A stretch of DNA of 64,000 bases from an uncultured Candidatus Poseidoniales archaeon (GTDB lineage Archaea > Thermoplasmatota > Poseidoniia > Poseidoniales > Thalassarchaeaceae). The first letter of the stretch is position 1. Every line of letters begins with the position of its first letter. The position numbers and the translations under genes are program-made. The stretch spans positions 1,674 to 65,673 of the forward strand of contig CAZPCY010000004.1 of the NCBI GenBank assembly GCA_964585295.1, given 5' to 3'. The notes beneath the pieces are model-generated. The model was given only the letters and a program-made list of their open reading frames with translations. It made no database searches and was not told the DNA's origin. Positions 54,368-64,000 of the stretch are shown here, in pieces.

Positions 54368-57300
54368 TTGCAATCACCATCCCGGCTCACTTTCCCGCGC
54401 GTGAGGGCGCGCGCATGTCCGAACATCGCTCCATTCTCCTTAAGGTGCGGATTGACCGCCTCGCGGTTGATTCACATGTCGCAGACATGCACGGCCTCCT
54501 GGTCCGCCGACCCACTCCGACCGCACCGCCAGAGTTCAATCACACTGGCCCTGCTGCTGCTGCTGTCTTCTCTGGCCGGCTTGCAATATGCATCTTGGAA
54601 GGCTCTCGCTAGCACTGATCAGGATGGTGACGGACTAAGTTATGGATTGGAATTCCTACTGAACACCCAGCCTCAGGACTGGGATAGCGACAACGACGAA
54701 CTTCCTGATGGGTGGGAGTGGCTCCATGGTCTCGATCCACTGGATGGGTCGACGCTCACGAGCAACGGCGCTCAGGGTGACCCCGACGGGGACGGACTGT
54801 CGAACAAGGATGAGTACCAATACGCCATGCCGAACAATTGGGACTCTACCTCGACGCCCAACGAACTCGACAACGGAGTATGGTGGAATGGCACGGTCCC
54901 GACCCGTAACTGGGATGAGGAGAGTGCAATGCAGGCGAGCCAGGGCACAGGAACCGATGGCAGTGACGAGGATCCGATGGGGAACATCTGCGCAGATGGC
55001 ATGGACAACGACCGCGATGGCGCCGTCGATGCAGCGGATTCGGATGGTGATGGCGACGCGGATTGCTCCAGTGACGACGATGATGGAGATGGTTTGATCG
55101 ACGAGGACCCGGATGGTTACGATACGGACAACGATGGCATGAACGATGGCTGGGAGGTCGCGAACAATCTCGACCCTCGATCCCCCTCAAATCAGGATGG
55201 AGCCTCGGGTGATCCGGACGGCGATGGATTGGTGAATCTCTTCGAATACGTCAATCCGAGTTGGACCACACAGAACCAAGGCGTACCCTACTACATGCCC
55301 GGCCACCCATCTCAGCAGCGGACCGAGACCGAATCACCCTGCAACCCAGTCCTAGGCCTAGGCCCTGGCGGTTGCCAGTCTCTGACCGCCGAGGTGGATG
55401 GTGTCACATCGACGAATCCGCAGAGTGCCGACACCGATGGAGACGGATTGAACGACAGCTATGAGGCACTGACTCTCCGGACCGATCCCACCGCCTCTGA
55501 CACGGACAGCGATGGCGTCTCTGACGGCGTCGAGGTGAACGGTGCCTATGGCAATCCTCCGCAGGCGAGTGACCCTAGGGACAACAACACCGATGACGAT
55601 CCATTCGACGACGGCGATGAGGACATCGACGGCGATGGCGTTGTCGATGCAAACGAGACGGATCCCACTAGAAGAGAGGATTCTGGAGACTATGATGGTG
55701 ACGGCATAGAGAATTGGGAGGAGAACCTGACTTGCACGCTCTGGAATATCGCCGACACCGACTACGGTGGAGTAAGTGATGGTCTGGAGCGCCAGAACCT
55801 CCATCAGACCGACCCCTGTCTCTCGACAGTGGACTTTTCTACCAACCACATCTCATATTCCTCACTCAGTCAAACCCTACTGGTCCAGAACGTGACTGGC
55901 TTCGGCGTAGGATGGAATGATTGGAGGCCCACCGCACCTCCGAGACAAGGATTTTACAACCTATCGAACGGATCCCTAATCCCCTTCACATACTCGTATA
56001 CCGAGATTGTTGGAAGTGAGCATAGAATTGTCGGAGTGACGGTACCCCCTCCAGGTTCCACCACCGAGGTTCTCTCCAAGAACGGCTCATGGTGCTGGAA
56101 TGCGAACATCCTCGCTGCGAACAACGTCGCTTGGTGCGATGACGACTACTACGACCACGACTTGGATGGCCTTGCCGATTGGGAGGAGCAGGCAGGAACC
56201 TGGGGTTTCACCAGTGATCCTTTCCTTTGGGATACTGATGGCGACACCGTCAACGATCTTGATGAGATTATGAATGGCACCGATCCAAACGAGCCATGTG
56301 ACAACAATCGCGACAGCGATGGCGACGGATTGAACGATTATTTCGAGAACAACACTGGCTGCCCGATGATCTATGTTCCTGGTATGGGTGGCAATGGCTC
56401 GTTAGACACCTATGTTACGGATTATCTGACGCAGGACACGGACAATGGTGGGGTGGCGGACGGTCAGGAATATCTGGATGGGACCAATCCGCAGAACGAT
56501 GCGAGCGACGATCAGAATCCGGCCGACACAGACGGAGACGGGATCCCGGATGCCGTCGAAAACAACACAGGTACGGACTGGCGTAATCCCGATACCGATG
56601 GCGGTGGGATGACTGATTACGAGGAGTGCCCGCCACAGTTCTGGATGTTCAACTGCCAAGGGAGCGGTCAGGATCCGTGGGATCCGACCGATGACATCAG
56701 GCCAACCGACATCGTGTTCTGGGCCAATAACACGACGAACGGCACGGATCCCTTCCAGTCACACTTTTGGCGTCAATACACATATGATGAATACACTGGA
56801 GTCGCCTTCGGCGTAAACCAGTCTTTGGTTACTTGGAACGAGATGTCCTCTGGATTCACTGACACGCAGTGGTTGGCAGATCCATCCTTCCACAATGTAA
56901 CGAACACCTGGCAGTTGACCTTCAATCAGACAGTGAACCCTAGTTCGAATCTTCCGAATCCCTACGCAGCAACTCAATTCATGATGTGGGCAGATCCATC
57001 TGCCGGGTTGAACCATTCCAATTGGACTCATGACATCAGGGTTTCCGATGTGCCAATAGATACCGCGATGATTGATTCACCTGGAATTTTCTTCCCAGAT
57101 CAGGTAAGGCAGAATTCGACCGCATTTCAGGGATCCTCATATTCAACTGAAGTGCCGTCATCCTTCTACGACCCCAACAACCCCGAATCGTACGCGCTCA
57201 ATGTGACGGATGCGATAATCTCCGAGGCTGGAGCGATTAGCGCTTGGGAAAAGATGGAAGCACTCGTCACTTGGATAAGGGAGGGCAACAACACCACCGA

Positions 57301-60300
57301 GCCTAAACTGAACCACGATGGTAGCGTGATGCCGGTCGGACTCGACCTGACGACGTTCATGCTGCACGACTCGCTTGAGGGTACTTGCAACGAATGGTCC
57401 ATCACGCTAACCATGATGGCTCGGCTCGCTGGTCTGCCAGCTAGACAGGTCTCAGGTTACTCCAGTGGGGCCTGGCACGGCACTGGATTCCAGGTGCTCG
57501 GATTGCACCATCAGACATGGACCGAAGTACATCTGCAGACCAATCCAGCGCAGGGCAACCGAGACATGGGTTGGGTCCCCTTCGATTCCTGTCCTCCTGC
57601 AGAGGAAGTGGACATCATCGACTCTGTATGGGGCCCGGACATAATCGATCGGAACATGTCAGGAGACCAAATATTCCTCAATGGCACCTTAATCTTCACT
57701 GAGAACCAGAGCGTCGCCGTCGGAGTCGTGCTGCAACTGTATCTAGTACCTCCTGAAGAGGCGGCGAACATCCCTGGTCTGGCCGCCACCGGAGGTCGGC
57801 TGGTGGGGACCGGTATCTCAGCGAGCAATGGGACCTTCTCGCTGAAGGGATTCGCCAATGAGCCGATACGAACCGGATTCGGACGCCTCGTGGTCCAGAC
57901 CGTAGCTAGCGGCTATGTCGGGCAAGGGGGTATCGCAAATACCAGTTGGTTGGTCAATGTGACAGACGATACAAACCTGACCATCGAGGCACCGATGCCG
58001 GTCGCGGCACCAATCATCGGCGCAGGGGCAAACACCACGCTGAGCGGCCGTCTTCGATTGGAGATGCTGCCTTGGATAGACATGCCGACCTTCGACACCC
58101 ACACGGTATTCCTGAACTTCACCTCGAACATCAGCGGACCCATATCCATCCAAACTGTGGTCCAGCCCACTGGTTCCTTCGAGTTCTACCTTAGCCTCGA
58201 TGAGAACGAGACCCAAGGACTCAGGCCTGCGACCATCGAATTCCCCGGCTGGCATGAGAGCGATCTCAACAATGCTTCTACCCCAATCTACCACGCTCGT
58301 CCGTCGAATCTCTCATTCGAACTCAATGTAACGGCCGCTCCGGACTTGACCGTCACCGTGGAAGGGAATGGTGCGAACTCATCCCTACTATCAGTCGATG
58401 AACCAATCCATCTGAATGGAACCGTCCTTTCCAGAGGGCATAATCCGGTACCTGTTTCAGGAACCTTGACCTTGCAGATGCGAGAGAACGGCACAGGTCT
58501 TGGATTCGTGAACATCACCACATTCACGCTTGGCCCCGGAAATTGGACCGGCAATCCAGGGAACTTCTCCATCAATTGGGTGATGGCGGCCAACCAGACC
58601 CCGATTCCACCCGGTTTCATCGATCTCCGTGTTGTGTTCGAGGCTGCGAACATTCCCGCGACCGACGAGGAGAACCTGATTGGCTATGGAATCCGAAGCA
58701 TCGTCATGTTCGAGTACTCACTCAGTCCGGTGTTGCGAGGTCAGGGTACCACGGTGTTCGTCAGTATGCTCGATCACACTGGCAGCCAGACGACATCATT
58801 CAACGGAACATATGTCGTCGAGGTGGATGGAACGATGGTGAATACCACTGTTGATCCAGTCGAGGAGTTCTTCGACGTATCTTGGATACCTGATGCCAAC
58901 ACCGCGGCAGGCGACTACTCCTGGTGGATTAACTACAGTGGTTCGCAGTGGTACAAGCCCAACTCTTCCAACAGCAGTCTGAGAATTCAGGGTTTGGCGG
59001 ACATATCTATCATCATCGCTCAGGATTGGACTCACATAGGTCAACAGACGTATGCGACCGGTGACATCCGGGATTCAGTACTGGGCACCATCATCCTGCT
59101 CAACGAGAGTCAGGTCACCTTGCAAGTCGAGCGGCCGGGGAGTGGTCCGAGTGGACCAGGGGGGGAACCACCTCCTCCAGAGATTACCATGCTCGGTCAA
59201 GGATGGGTGGATTCCCTGAATGGGACCTACAACATCTCCTATACGATTCCCAGCCATATCGGTTCAGGCGTCTACAATCTCACCGTGTCCTGCGATTTCC
59301 AACTAGTAGCACCGACAGGTGGGCCGTACTATGAGATGAATGAATTGGGGTTCACCGATGTTGGCATACAGAGCGAGGCGAAGCTAATCAGTGAGATATC
59401 CTCCACTGTCGTCGTGGTCGGTAATCAACTACTTGTCAATGTCAGTGCCCAAGATGTCGCTGACTCATCTAACTTGACCAACGCAGCATTGGAGTTGGTC
59501 TGGGATTGGGATGGTCCTGACAACGGGACGCTATCCACAGCGAATGTCGGAGTAGACGGCTGGGCAAGATTCTCTCCGACAATCGACATAGATGTCGAAC
59601 CTGGTTGGTACGATGTACGGATATTCATGGCAGATGATGTGTCGGATACGCTGTCGACGCCGAATGCAGGACGTTGGCTGGGCAACGAAACATTCGTCAA
59701 TGTGACCGTCCAAGTCCCGAGTAACATTTCTCTTGATCCGATGCCCACGTTCGTGACTGCTGGCACCTCGTTCATGCTCACCGGTCAGGTTCTAGATGAT
59801 GTGAACAACAGCCGTCCATTCAACGGAACTGTCGAGGTGACTGTGTTCTTCCTGAATGACAGCAGCGAGGTGCTGATAGATTCCTTCACCACGACTCCGA
59901 ATGGATCGTTTAACATCAGCGTCCCGACCGATCCGAATGGCGATGGTGTGACCAGCGGCGACAAGACTGTCGTGGTAAGCGTGCTGAACGACACCAATCC
60001 ATTCTATCTGACCAGTACTGGGACTGGGATGATTCTCGTGAAGGGGGTGACGGAATTCACCGATGTGAGCCCGCTGATTCCGATTATAGTCGAGCGCGGA
60101 GGCAATGTCACCTTTGGTGGCATGTTGCGAGAGGCCAGCGATGGCGACCGACTGCTGTCGAACATGACCATCGCGGGATTGTTCCACGACACTTGGATGA
60201 ATGAGTCCATGACGAACTCGACCGGCGATGTTGACTTCTCATTCTCCATTCCGAACAGCCATCCGCTAGGTCAGGTCGAACTTACCCTGTTCTTCAACGG

Positions 60301-63300
60301 CACCTATCCGTTGCATTCCACCAATCGAACCTTCAGTACCGTGACCGTACGATCTTTGACGGTATTGGTCATCAATCCTATCAGCGACAATCCGGTCGCG
60401 GGTGGATGGCTGAACGTCACGGGGACTCTATTGAGTGATAATGGATCAGGTATCATAGATCGCAACGGCAATGCTCTCTTGCCTTCGCTGACCTTCCGAA
60501 TTGATGGATTCGAAGACACCTTCACAGCTCAGAACGGCACCGTTCTAGCTGATGGATCGTGGAGAGCGAATCTAATCCTAGATCATGATTTCCCGCGCGG
60601 CACCCATAATCTAACCGCGATTTACACCCCAACGGTCAACGATTACGCGACAGCGAACAACATCACGACATTCGACAGTAGAGGATACTCCGTGCTGACA
60701 TTCACGAATCCGCTCGACCTCGACCCGGATCGTAGGACAATCCGTGGCGAAAACATCACGATCGATGTTCTTCTGGTAGACAATTCCGGTGCGCCGATAG
60801 AGAACGCTTCGATCATTCCCACCATAATCGGACATACGGTCTCTGACATGATGACGGATGCGAACGGCACGGCGACACTCACCTTCACGGTCGATCAGAT
60901 GCAGGCACCCGGAGCTCTCTCGATTGACATATCCTTCGCGGGCATTCCGGGAACTACCGGTGTACAGGGGGATGCGACGTTCACTCGCGTCGTAATCCTC
61001 GCGCCCACCAACCTGATTATCGACACCATAGAGGGTGATCTGATTGCTGGCCAGACGGTGATTGTGAATGGTACCCTGCTCGATGAGCATGGCCAGCCAC
61101 TGCTAAACGAGACCGGATTAGCGGCTGGTGGAATAATCCATCTCGCCATCGATGGTCAGGATACGGGAAGTGTGACCATCGCCATGTCGAATGCGACGAC
61201 AGGGTCCTTCTCCATGGTCCACACGCTGCCATTCGACACCACGCCTGGTCCACACATCGCTACGGTGACCTTCCTAGGCGGTTTCATTTGGGTCGATCCG
61301 ATGGGTTCCGGCGATTCTCTGAATCCCGAGTACTATCTCGGCTCAGTCTCGAATGCGACATTCAACGTCTCCGTACCAACTTCGATAGAGATAACTAGCG
61401 ATGCTGGCGAGGTCGAACGCAACGATTTGTTCCGAGTCGATGGGATACTGTTGGACATTGTAGACCGTCCGCTGGACAATGCAACACTCTCCGTGACCAT
61501 GAATGGAGTGTACCTCACCGATGTGAAGACCGATGAATTCGGCATCTTCTCAGTCTATTATCCGGTTCCAGCAAACATGTCTCTAGGTCCGCAACTGGTG
61601 GAAATCAGCTTCGCAGGAGACGAGTTCCATCTGTCGAGCCTCGGTCAGACTACATTCGATGTGTATGCCCCCACCATCCTGACGATTGATGTTCCGCAAG
61701 TGGCAGCCGTTGGCGACTTGGTCACCTTCCAGGGAACCGTTCGGGACAACCTTCCAATGGGATGGTTGGCCAATCACACCGTAGAGATTCGCGTCAATGA
61801 GACATTGCTGGATACGGTAGTCACGGATTCCAATGGCAGTTGGTCGTATGAATGGACGATTCCACAATGGCTCGACATCTCCAACCACACAGTGGAGGTA
61901 TTCGCTCCGGCTACCACAGATGGTTGGTACCGAGAAGGCCGAGCCAACGATACGATTCGCGTCGTCCACAACGCTGGATTGGACCTCGATGCCGATGGAG
62001 GAGGCCACTCCACCCGTGGTGGTGATTGGAATATTTCCGGAAGGTTGTACGATGCCGATGTCGTGGGAACTCCACCCTTGGTCGGCAGAACTGTGACGAT
62101 TACTGTTGATGGAAACACCGGTGTCACCGTAACCACAGATGACGAAGGTCGCTTCCAAGTGCTCTTGCCGGTCGACTCTTCCGCCTCACGCGGGAGTCAT
62201 CTCATAGAAGCGGCATACGCTGGCGAGGAGGATTGGGTCGCCGCTTCCGCTTCCGTCACTGTGTATGCGTGGGCTGATGTCGCTCTGGAGGTCCTAGATA
62301 TCGCCTCGCCGGTGATTAGGAGCGACTCCGCCCACCCGATTGAGATTACTGGCCGAATCGTCGAAGTCGGTGGATCTGGCAATGTGCTCGCCAACCTCAA
62401 TCTCCAAGTGTCTTGGGAGGGCGAGGAGAAGGTGTTCGCGACTGATTGGGACAATGCCACCGGTCACTGGACCATCCGCTTCACAGCGAACGCTCCCATG
62501 GCAGAGGATGAAACCATTCTAATCACAGTCGAAGAGAATCCGTCTTCGTACCTGCATTCTGCATCAGACGGCGCCAAGGTCTTCGTCATGGTTCCAGCCG
62601 CATTCTCTTTCGATCCTCTGCATATCGATCTTGACTCACGGATCATCGAGAGCATTGTCAGGGTGACTTCGGCCGACACTGGCGAGCCGCTGGAAAATGT
62701 CTCGATTGAGGCACGCTTGATGAACGAGACAACCTCGATTGCTCAGTATGGTAGAATGACGGGAGATGACGGCGTTTTCACCTATTCCTTCGCCGCCGTC
62801 GAGCCACTTCCTCCCTTCTCAGACCAAGCAGCATGGGGGCGGTTGTCGATAGCGTTCAACTCGACCTCACCGCTACTCGCCGCTGATGACCGTGCACGGT
62901 TGGAGACGTCACCACCGGTGATTGCCACCTATGAGGTCGCCGAGAATGTGGCGAGTGGCCCCTCCACCCCCGCGATGGCTGGAGGCCTACTCCTTCTGGC
63001 CGGATTGGCTGCTGCACTTCTGCACATGCGCAAGCGCCGCACTGCGGTCGAGGCACTCGACGATACATTCGCTTACTCGGCCGAGTTGCTGATGGCAATG
63101 GATGAGATACGTGAAGCGATTTTCCAATGCTATGAGAGCCTATGTGTGACCTTGATGGAACACGGTTTCCTAAGGCGTGATTTCGAGACGGTTCGAGAAT
63201 TCGAACTTGCAATCCGTGAGGCTCTTCCGATTAGAGAGCAAGCACTCGTCGCTCTGGACCGGGTGTTCGAAGAGGCACGTTACTCCAGTCACGAACTCGG

Positions 63301-63397
63301 CGACCAACACAGAAATGCTGCGCAGCAGGCAATCGAAGGGGTGAGATCCGAGATTGCCTCTCTTGAGGCACAGGGACAATCCATACCTCAGCGATGA
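54368..63397 (+). CDS. Giant (3009 aa) surface protein. It combines a signal peptide, thrombospondin-type-3-like Ca-binding repeats, a transglutaminase-like Cys-His-Asp core, long arrays of Ig-like repeats, a TM helix and a DUF4129-like cytoplasmic domain.
   Basis: The signal is LTLALLLLLSSLAGLQYA. There are at least 15 D-x-D-x-D-G-x-x-D-x-x-[DE] repeats, for example DQDGDGLSYGLE, GDPDGDGLSNKDEY and DTDSDGVSDGVE. The transglutaminase-like core is GTCNEWSITLTMMARLAGLPARQVSGY ... HQTWTEVHL ... GWVPFDSC. N-x-S/T sequons are extremely dense throughout. The C-terminal TM helix is GGLLLLAGLAAALLHMRKRR. The tail contains FLRRDFETVREFELAIREAL, resembling the DUF4129 'ETPREY' motif that typically follows transglutaminase-like membrane proteins. 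Confidence 0.7.
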   Translation: MQSPSRLTFPRVRARACPNIAPFSLRCGLTASRLIHMSQTCTASWSADPLRPHRQSSITLALLLLLSSLAGLQYASWKALASTDQDGDGLSYGLEFLLNTQPQDWDSDNDELPDGWEWLHGLDPLDGSTLTSNGAQGDPDGDGLSNKDEYQYAMPNNWDSTSTPNELDNGVWWNGTVPTRNWDEESAMQASQGTGTDGSDEDPMGNICADGMDNDRDGAVDAADSDGDGDADCSSDDDDGDGLIDEDPDGYDTDNDGMNDGWEVANNLDPRSPSNQDGASGDPDGDGLVNLFEYVNPSWTTQNQGVPYYMPGHPSQQRTETESPCNPVLGLGPGGCQSLTAEVDGVTSTNPQSADTDGDGLNDSYEALTLRTDPTASDTDSDGVSDGVEVNGAYGNPPQASDPRDNNTDDDPFDDGDEDIDGDGVVDANETDPTRREDSGDYDGDGIENWEENLTCTLWNIADTDYGGVSDGLERQNLHQTDPCLSTVDFSTNHISYSSLSQTLLVQNVTGFGVGWNDWRPTAPPRQGFYNLSNGSLIPFTYSYTEIVGSEHRIVGVTVPPPGSTTEVLSKNGSWCWNANILAANNVAWCDDDYYDHDLDGLADWEEQAGTWGFTSDPFLWDTDGDTVNDLDEIMNGTDPNEPCDNNRDSDGDGLNDYFENNTGCPMIYVPGMGGNGSLDTYVTDYLTQDTDNGGVADGQEYLDGTNPQNDASDDQNPADTDGDGIPDAVENNTGTDWRNPDTDGGGMTDYEECPPQFWMFNCQGSGQDPWDPTDDIRPTDIVFWANNTTNGTDPFQSHFWRQYTYDEYTGVAFGVNQSLVTWNEMSSGFTDTQWLADPSFHNVTNTWQLTFNQTVNPSSNLPNPYAATQFMMWADPSAGLNHSNWTHDIRVSDVPIDTAMIDSPGIFFPDQVRQNSTAFQGSSYSTEVPSSFYDPNNPESYALNVTDAIISEAGAISAWEKMEALVTWIREGNNTTEPKLNHDGSVMPVGLDLTTFMLHDSLEGTCNEWSITLTMMARLAGLPARQVSGYSSGAWHGTGFQVLGLHHQTWTEVHLQTNPAQGNRDMGWVPFDSCPPAEEVDIIDSVWGPDIIDRNMSGDQIFLNGTLIFTENQSVAVGVVLQLYLVPPEEAANIPGLAATGGRLVGTGISASNGTFSLKGFANEPIRTGFGRLVVQTVASGYVGQGGIANTSWLVNVTDDTNLTIEAPMPVAAPIIGAGANTTLSGRLRLEMLPWIDMPTFDTHTVFLNFTSNISGPISIQTVVQPTGSFEFYLSLDENETQGLRPATIEFPGWHESDLNNASTPIYHARPSNLSFELNVTAAPDLTVTVEGNGANSSLLSVDEPIHLNGTVLSRGHNPVPVSGTLTLQMRENGTGLGFVNITTFTLGPGNWTGNPGNFSINWVMAANQTPIPPGFIDLRVVFEAANIPATDEENLIGYGIRSIVMFEYSLSPVLRGQGTTVFVSMLDHTGSQTTSFNGTYVVEVDGTMVNTTVDPVEEFFDVSWIPDANTAAGDYSWWINYSGSQWYKPNSSNSSLRIQGLADISIIIAQDWTHIGQQTYATGDIRDSVLGTIILLNESQVTLQVERPGSGPSGPGGEPPPPEITMLGQGWVDSLNGTYNISYTIPSHIGSGVYNLTVSCDFQLVAPTGGPYYEMNELGFTDVGIQSEAKLISEISSTVVVVGNQLLVNVSAQDVADSSNLTNAALELVWDWDGPDNGTLSTANVGVDGWARFSPTIDIDVEPGWYDVRIFMADDVSDTLSTPNAGRWLGNETFVNVTVQVPSNISLDPMPTFVTAGTSFMLTGQVLDDVNNSRPFNGTVEVTVFFLNDSSEVLIDSFTTTPNGSFNISVPTDPNGDGVTSGDKTVVVSVLNDTNPFYLTSTGTGMILVKGVTEFTDVSPLIPIIVERGGNVTFGGMLREASDGDRLLSNMTIAGLFHDTWMNESMTNSTGDVDFSFSIPNSHPLGQVELTLFFNGTYPLHSTNRTFSTVTVRSLTVLVINPISDNPVAGGWLNVTGTLLSDNGSGIIDRNGNALLPSLTFRIDGFEDTFTAQNGTVLADGSWRANLILDHDFPRGTHNLTAIYTPTVNDYATANNITTFDSRGYSVLTFTNPLDLDPDRRTIRGENITIDVLLVDNSGAPIENASIIPTIIGHTVSDMMTDANGTATLTFTVDQMQAPGALSIDISFAGIPGTTGVQGDATFTRVVILAPTNLIIDTIEGDLIAGQTVIVNGTLLDEHGQPLLNETGLAAGGIIHLAIDGQDTGSVTIAMSNATTGSFSMVHTLPFDTTPGPHIATVTFLGGFIWVDPMGSGDSLNPEYYLGSVSNATFNVSVPTSIEITSDAGEVERNDLFRVDGILLDIVDRPLDNATLSVTMNGVYLTDVKTDEFGIFSVYYPVPANMSLGPQLVEISFAGDEFHLSSLGQTTFDVYAPTILTIDVPQVAAVGDLVTFQGTVRDNLPMGWLANHTVEIRVNETLLDTVVTDSNGSWSYEWTIPQWLDISNHTVEVFAPATTDGWYREGRANDTIRVVHNAGLDLDADGGGHSTRGGDWNISGRLYDADVVGTPPLVGRTVTITVDGNTGVTVTTDDEGRFQVLLPVDSSASRGSHLIEAAYAGEEDWVAASASVTVYAWADVALEVLDIASPVIRSDSAHPIEITGRIVEVGGSGNVLANLNLQVSWEGEEKVFATDWDNATGHWTIRFTANAPMAEDETILITVEENPSSYLHSASDGAKVFVMVPAAFSFDPLHIDLDSRIIESIVRVTSADTGEPLENVSIEARLMNETTSIAQYGRMTGDDGVFTYSFAAVEPLPPFSDQAAWGRLSIAFNSTSPLLAADDRARLETSPPVIATYEVAENVASGPSTPAMAGGLLLLAGLAAALLHMRKRRTAVEALDDTFAYSAELLMAMDEIREAIFQCYESLCVTLMEHGFLRRDFETVREFELAIREALPIREQALVALDRVFEEARYSSHELGDQHRNAAQQAIEGVRSEIASLEAQGQSIPQR

Positions 63398-63410
63398 TAG
63401 AATTTGATGT

Positions 63411-63932
63411 CTATCCTATTCGGATGTTCAGGTTTCCATCCTCAACCCATGCGGCTTCGATTGGTCTCCCTCCGCCGATTCGAGCCACCCTCTCGAAGCG
63501 TGAACCGACACCATCGATTGCCAATCGCATGACCGTCTCACCGCTGATTATTCCGACGTTTATGGAGATTCCATCCTTCGACACTCCGGATAACGGGATG
63601 CGCAAAGTCCCATCTGAACTAACACCTTCCAGATGGGCTGCCATCACCTCCATGGTCGGTATCGATGCAATCCATTCTCTAGTCGCTTCGACCATACCTG
63701 CCGTTTGACCCAGCATCGAGATGTGAGCATCTCTGACCTCTACCAGTGCTGAGTTATCGGAGAGATTCGAAATGAATCGGGCATGTTCGATCTCCGCCGT
63801 CGCCTCTAGACCGATCGATCTCCCGTCGATGGTCGAGCCTTGTTCGCCTCCATCTCCATCTTCAGGATTGGATGTTGGCAAGCCTATCGGATCGGAGTCG
63901 TGGACCGGAATCGGGCGCCAACCTGCATCCAT
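63411..63932 (-). CDS. Hypothetical protein (173 aa).
   Basis: This ORF is convergent with the giant gene. It has an acidic N-terminus. No family could be assigned. Confidence 0.3.
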   Translation of the reverse strand: MDAGWRPIPVHDSDPIGLPTSNPEDGDGGEQGSTIDGRSIGLEATAEIEHARFISNLSDNSALVEVRDAHISMLGQTAGMVEATREWIASIPTMEVMAAHLEGVSSDGTLRIPLSGVSKDGISINVGIISGETVMRLAIDGVGSRFERVARIGGGRPIEAAWVEDGNLNIRIG

Positions 63933-64000
63933 CGTTCACCGTCGGCTCTCGGTCGGTCATCAACCCGTCGTCGATACACCCTCCGTCAAGGCGTACGAGC

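Noticed and set aside
54600-56640. DNA-level repeats (gacggcgatgg / gatggcgacgg) considered as a possible nucleotide repeat element.
   Set aside because: They are the imperfect, in-frame codon-level reflection of the D-x-D-G-D-G protein repeats, not an independent DNA repeat or mobile element.

Overview
This is a 64 kb, high-GC (~57%) chromosomal segment that looks archaeal. The markers for that are a class I lysyl-tRNA synthetase, aRF1, aIF2-beta, Trm56, a NOG1-type GTPase and a GfcR/PyrE-like regulator. The gene content is consistent with a Thermoplasmatota-like organism, but that lineage call is an inference.

Most of the window is densely packed housekeeping genes:
- Translation and nucleotide metabolism: carAB, lysK, argS, prf1, pyrH, dut.
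- A complete 2-oxoacid dehydrogenase operon (E1alpha, E1beta, E2, E3) plus lipoylation genes (lipA, lipB).
- An NfeD-flotillin operon and a thiolase.
- Folate/pterin genes: folP, PCD, a FolM-like SDR and a FolB-like protein.
- UbiX, a peroxiredoxin, a parvulin, an M28 peptidase and one tRNA-Leu(UAA).

The non-housekeeping content is at the two ends of the window:
- The 3' third (about 50.4-63.4 kb) holds a cluster of very large, heavily N-glycosylation-sequon-rich surface proteins. The largest is a 3009-aa protein with calcium-binding thrombospondin-type-3-like repeats, a transglutaminase-like Cys-His-Asp core, many Ig-like repeats, a single C-terminal TM helix and a DUF4129-like cytoplasmic tail.
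- The 5' end holds a secreted sequon-rich protein with a sorting-signal-like C-terminus, lying convergent to a GT-C membrane glycosyltransferase.
- Also at the 5' end is an unusual convergent pair: a Zn-ribbon/Rho_N-like/HEAT-repeat protein and a 1029-aa polytopic membrane protein with an internal TPR-like domain.

I could not recognise a CRISPR array, rRNA gene, transposase or classical defence system from the sequence. Start codons are approximate; several ORF-track N-terminal extensions are antisense to neighbouring genes and were trimmed.
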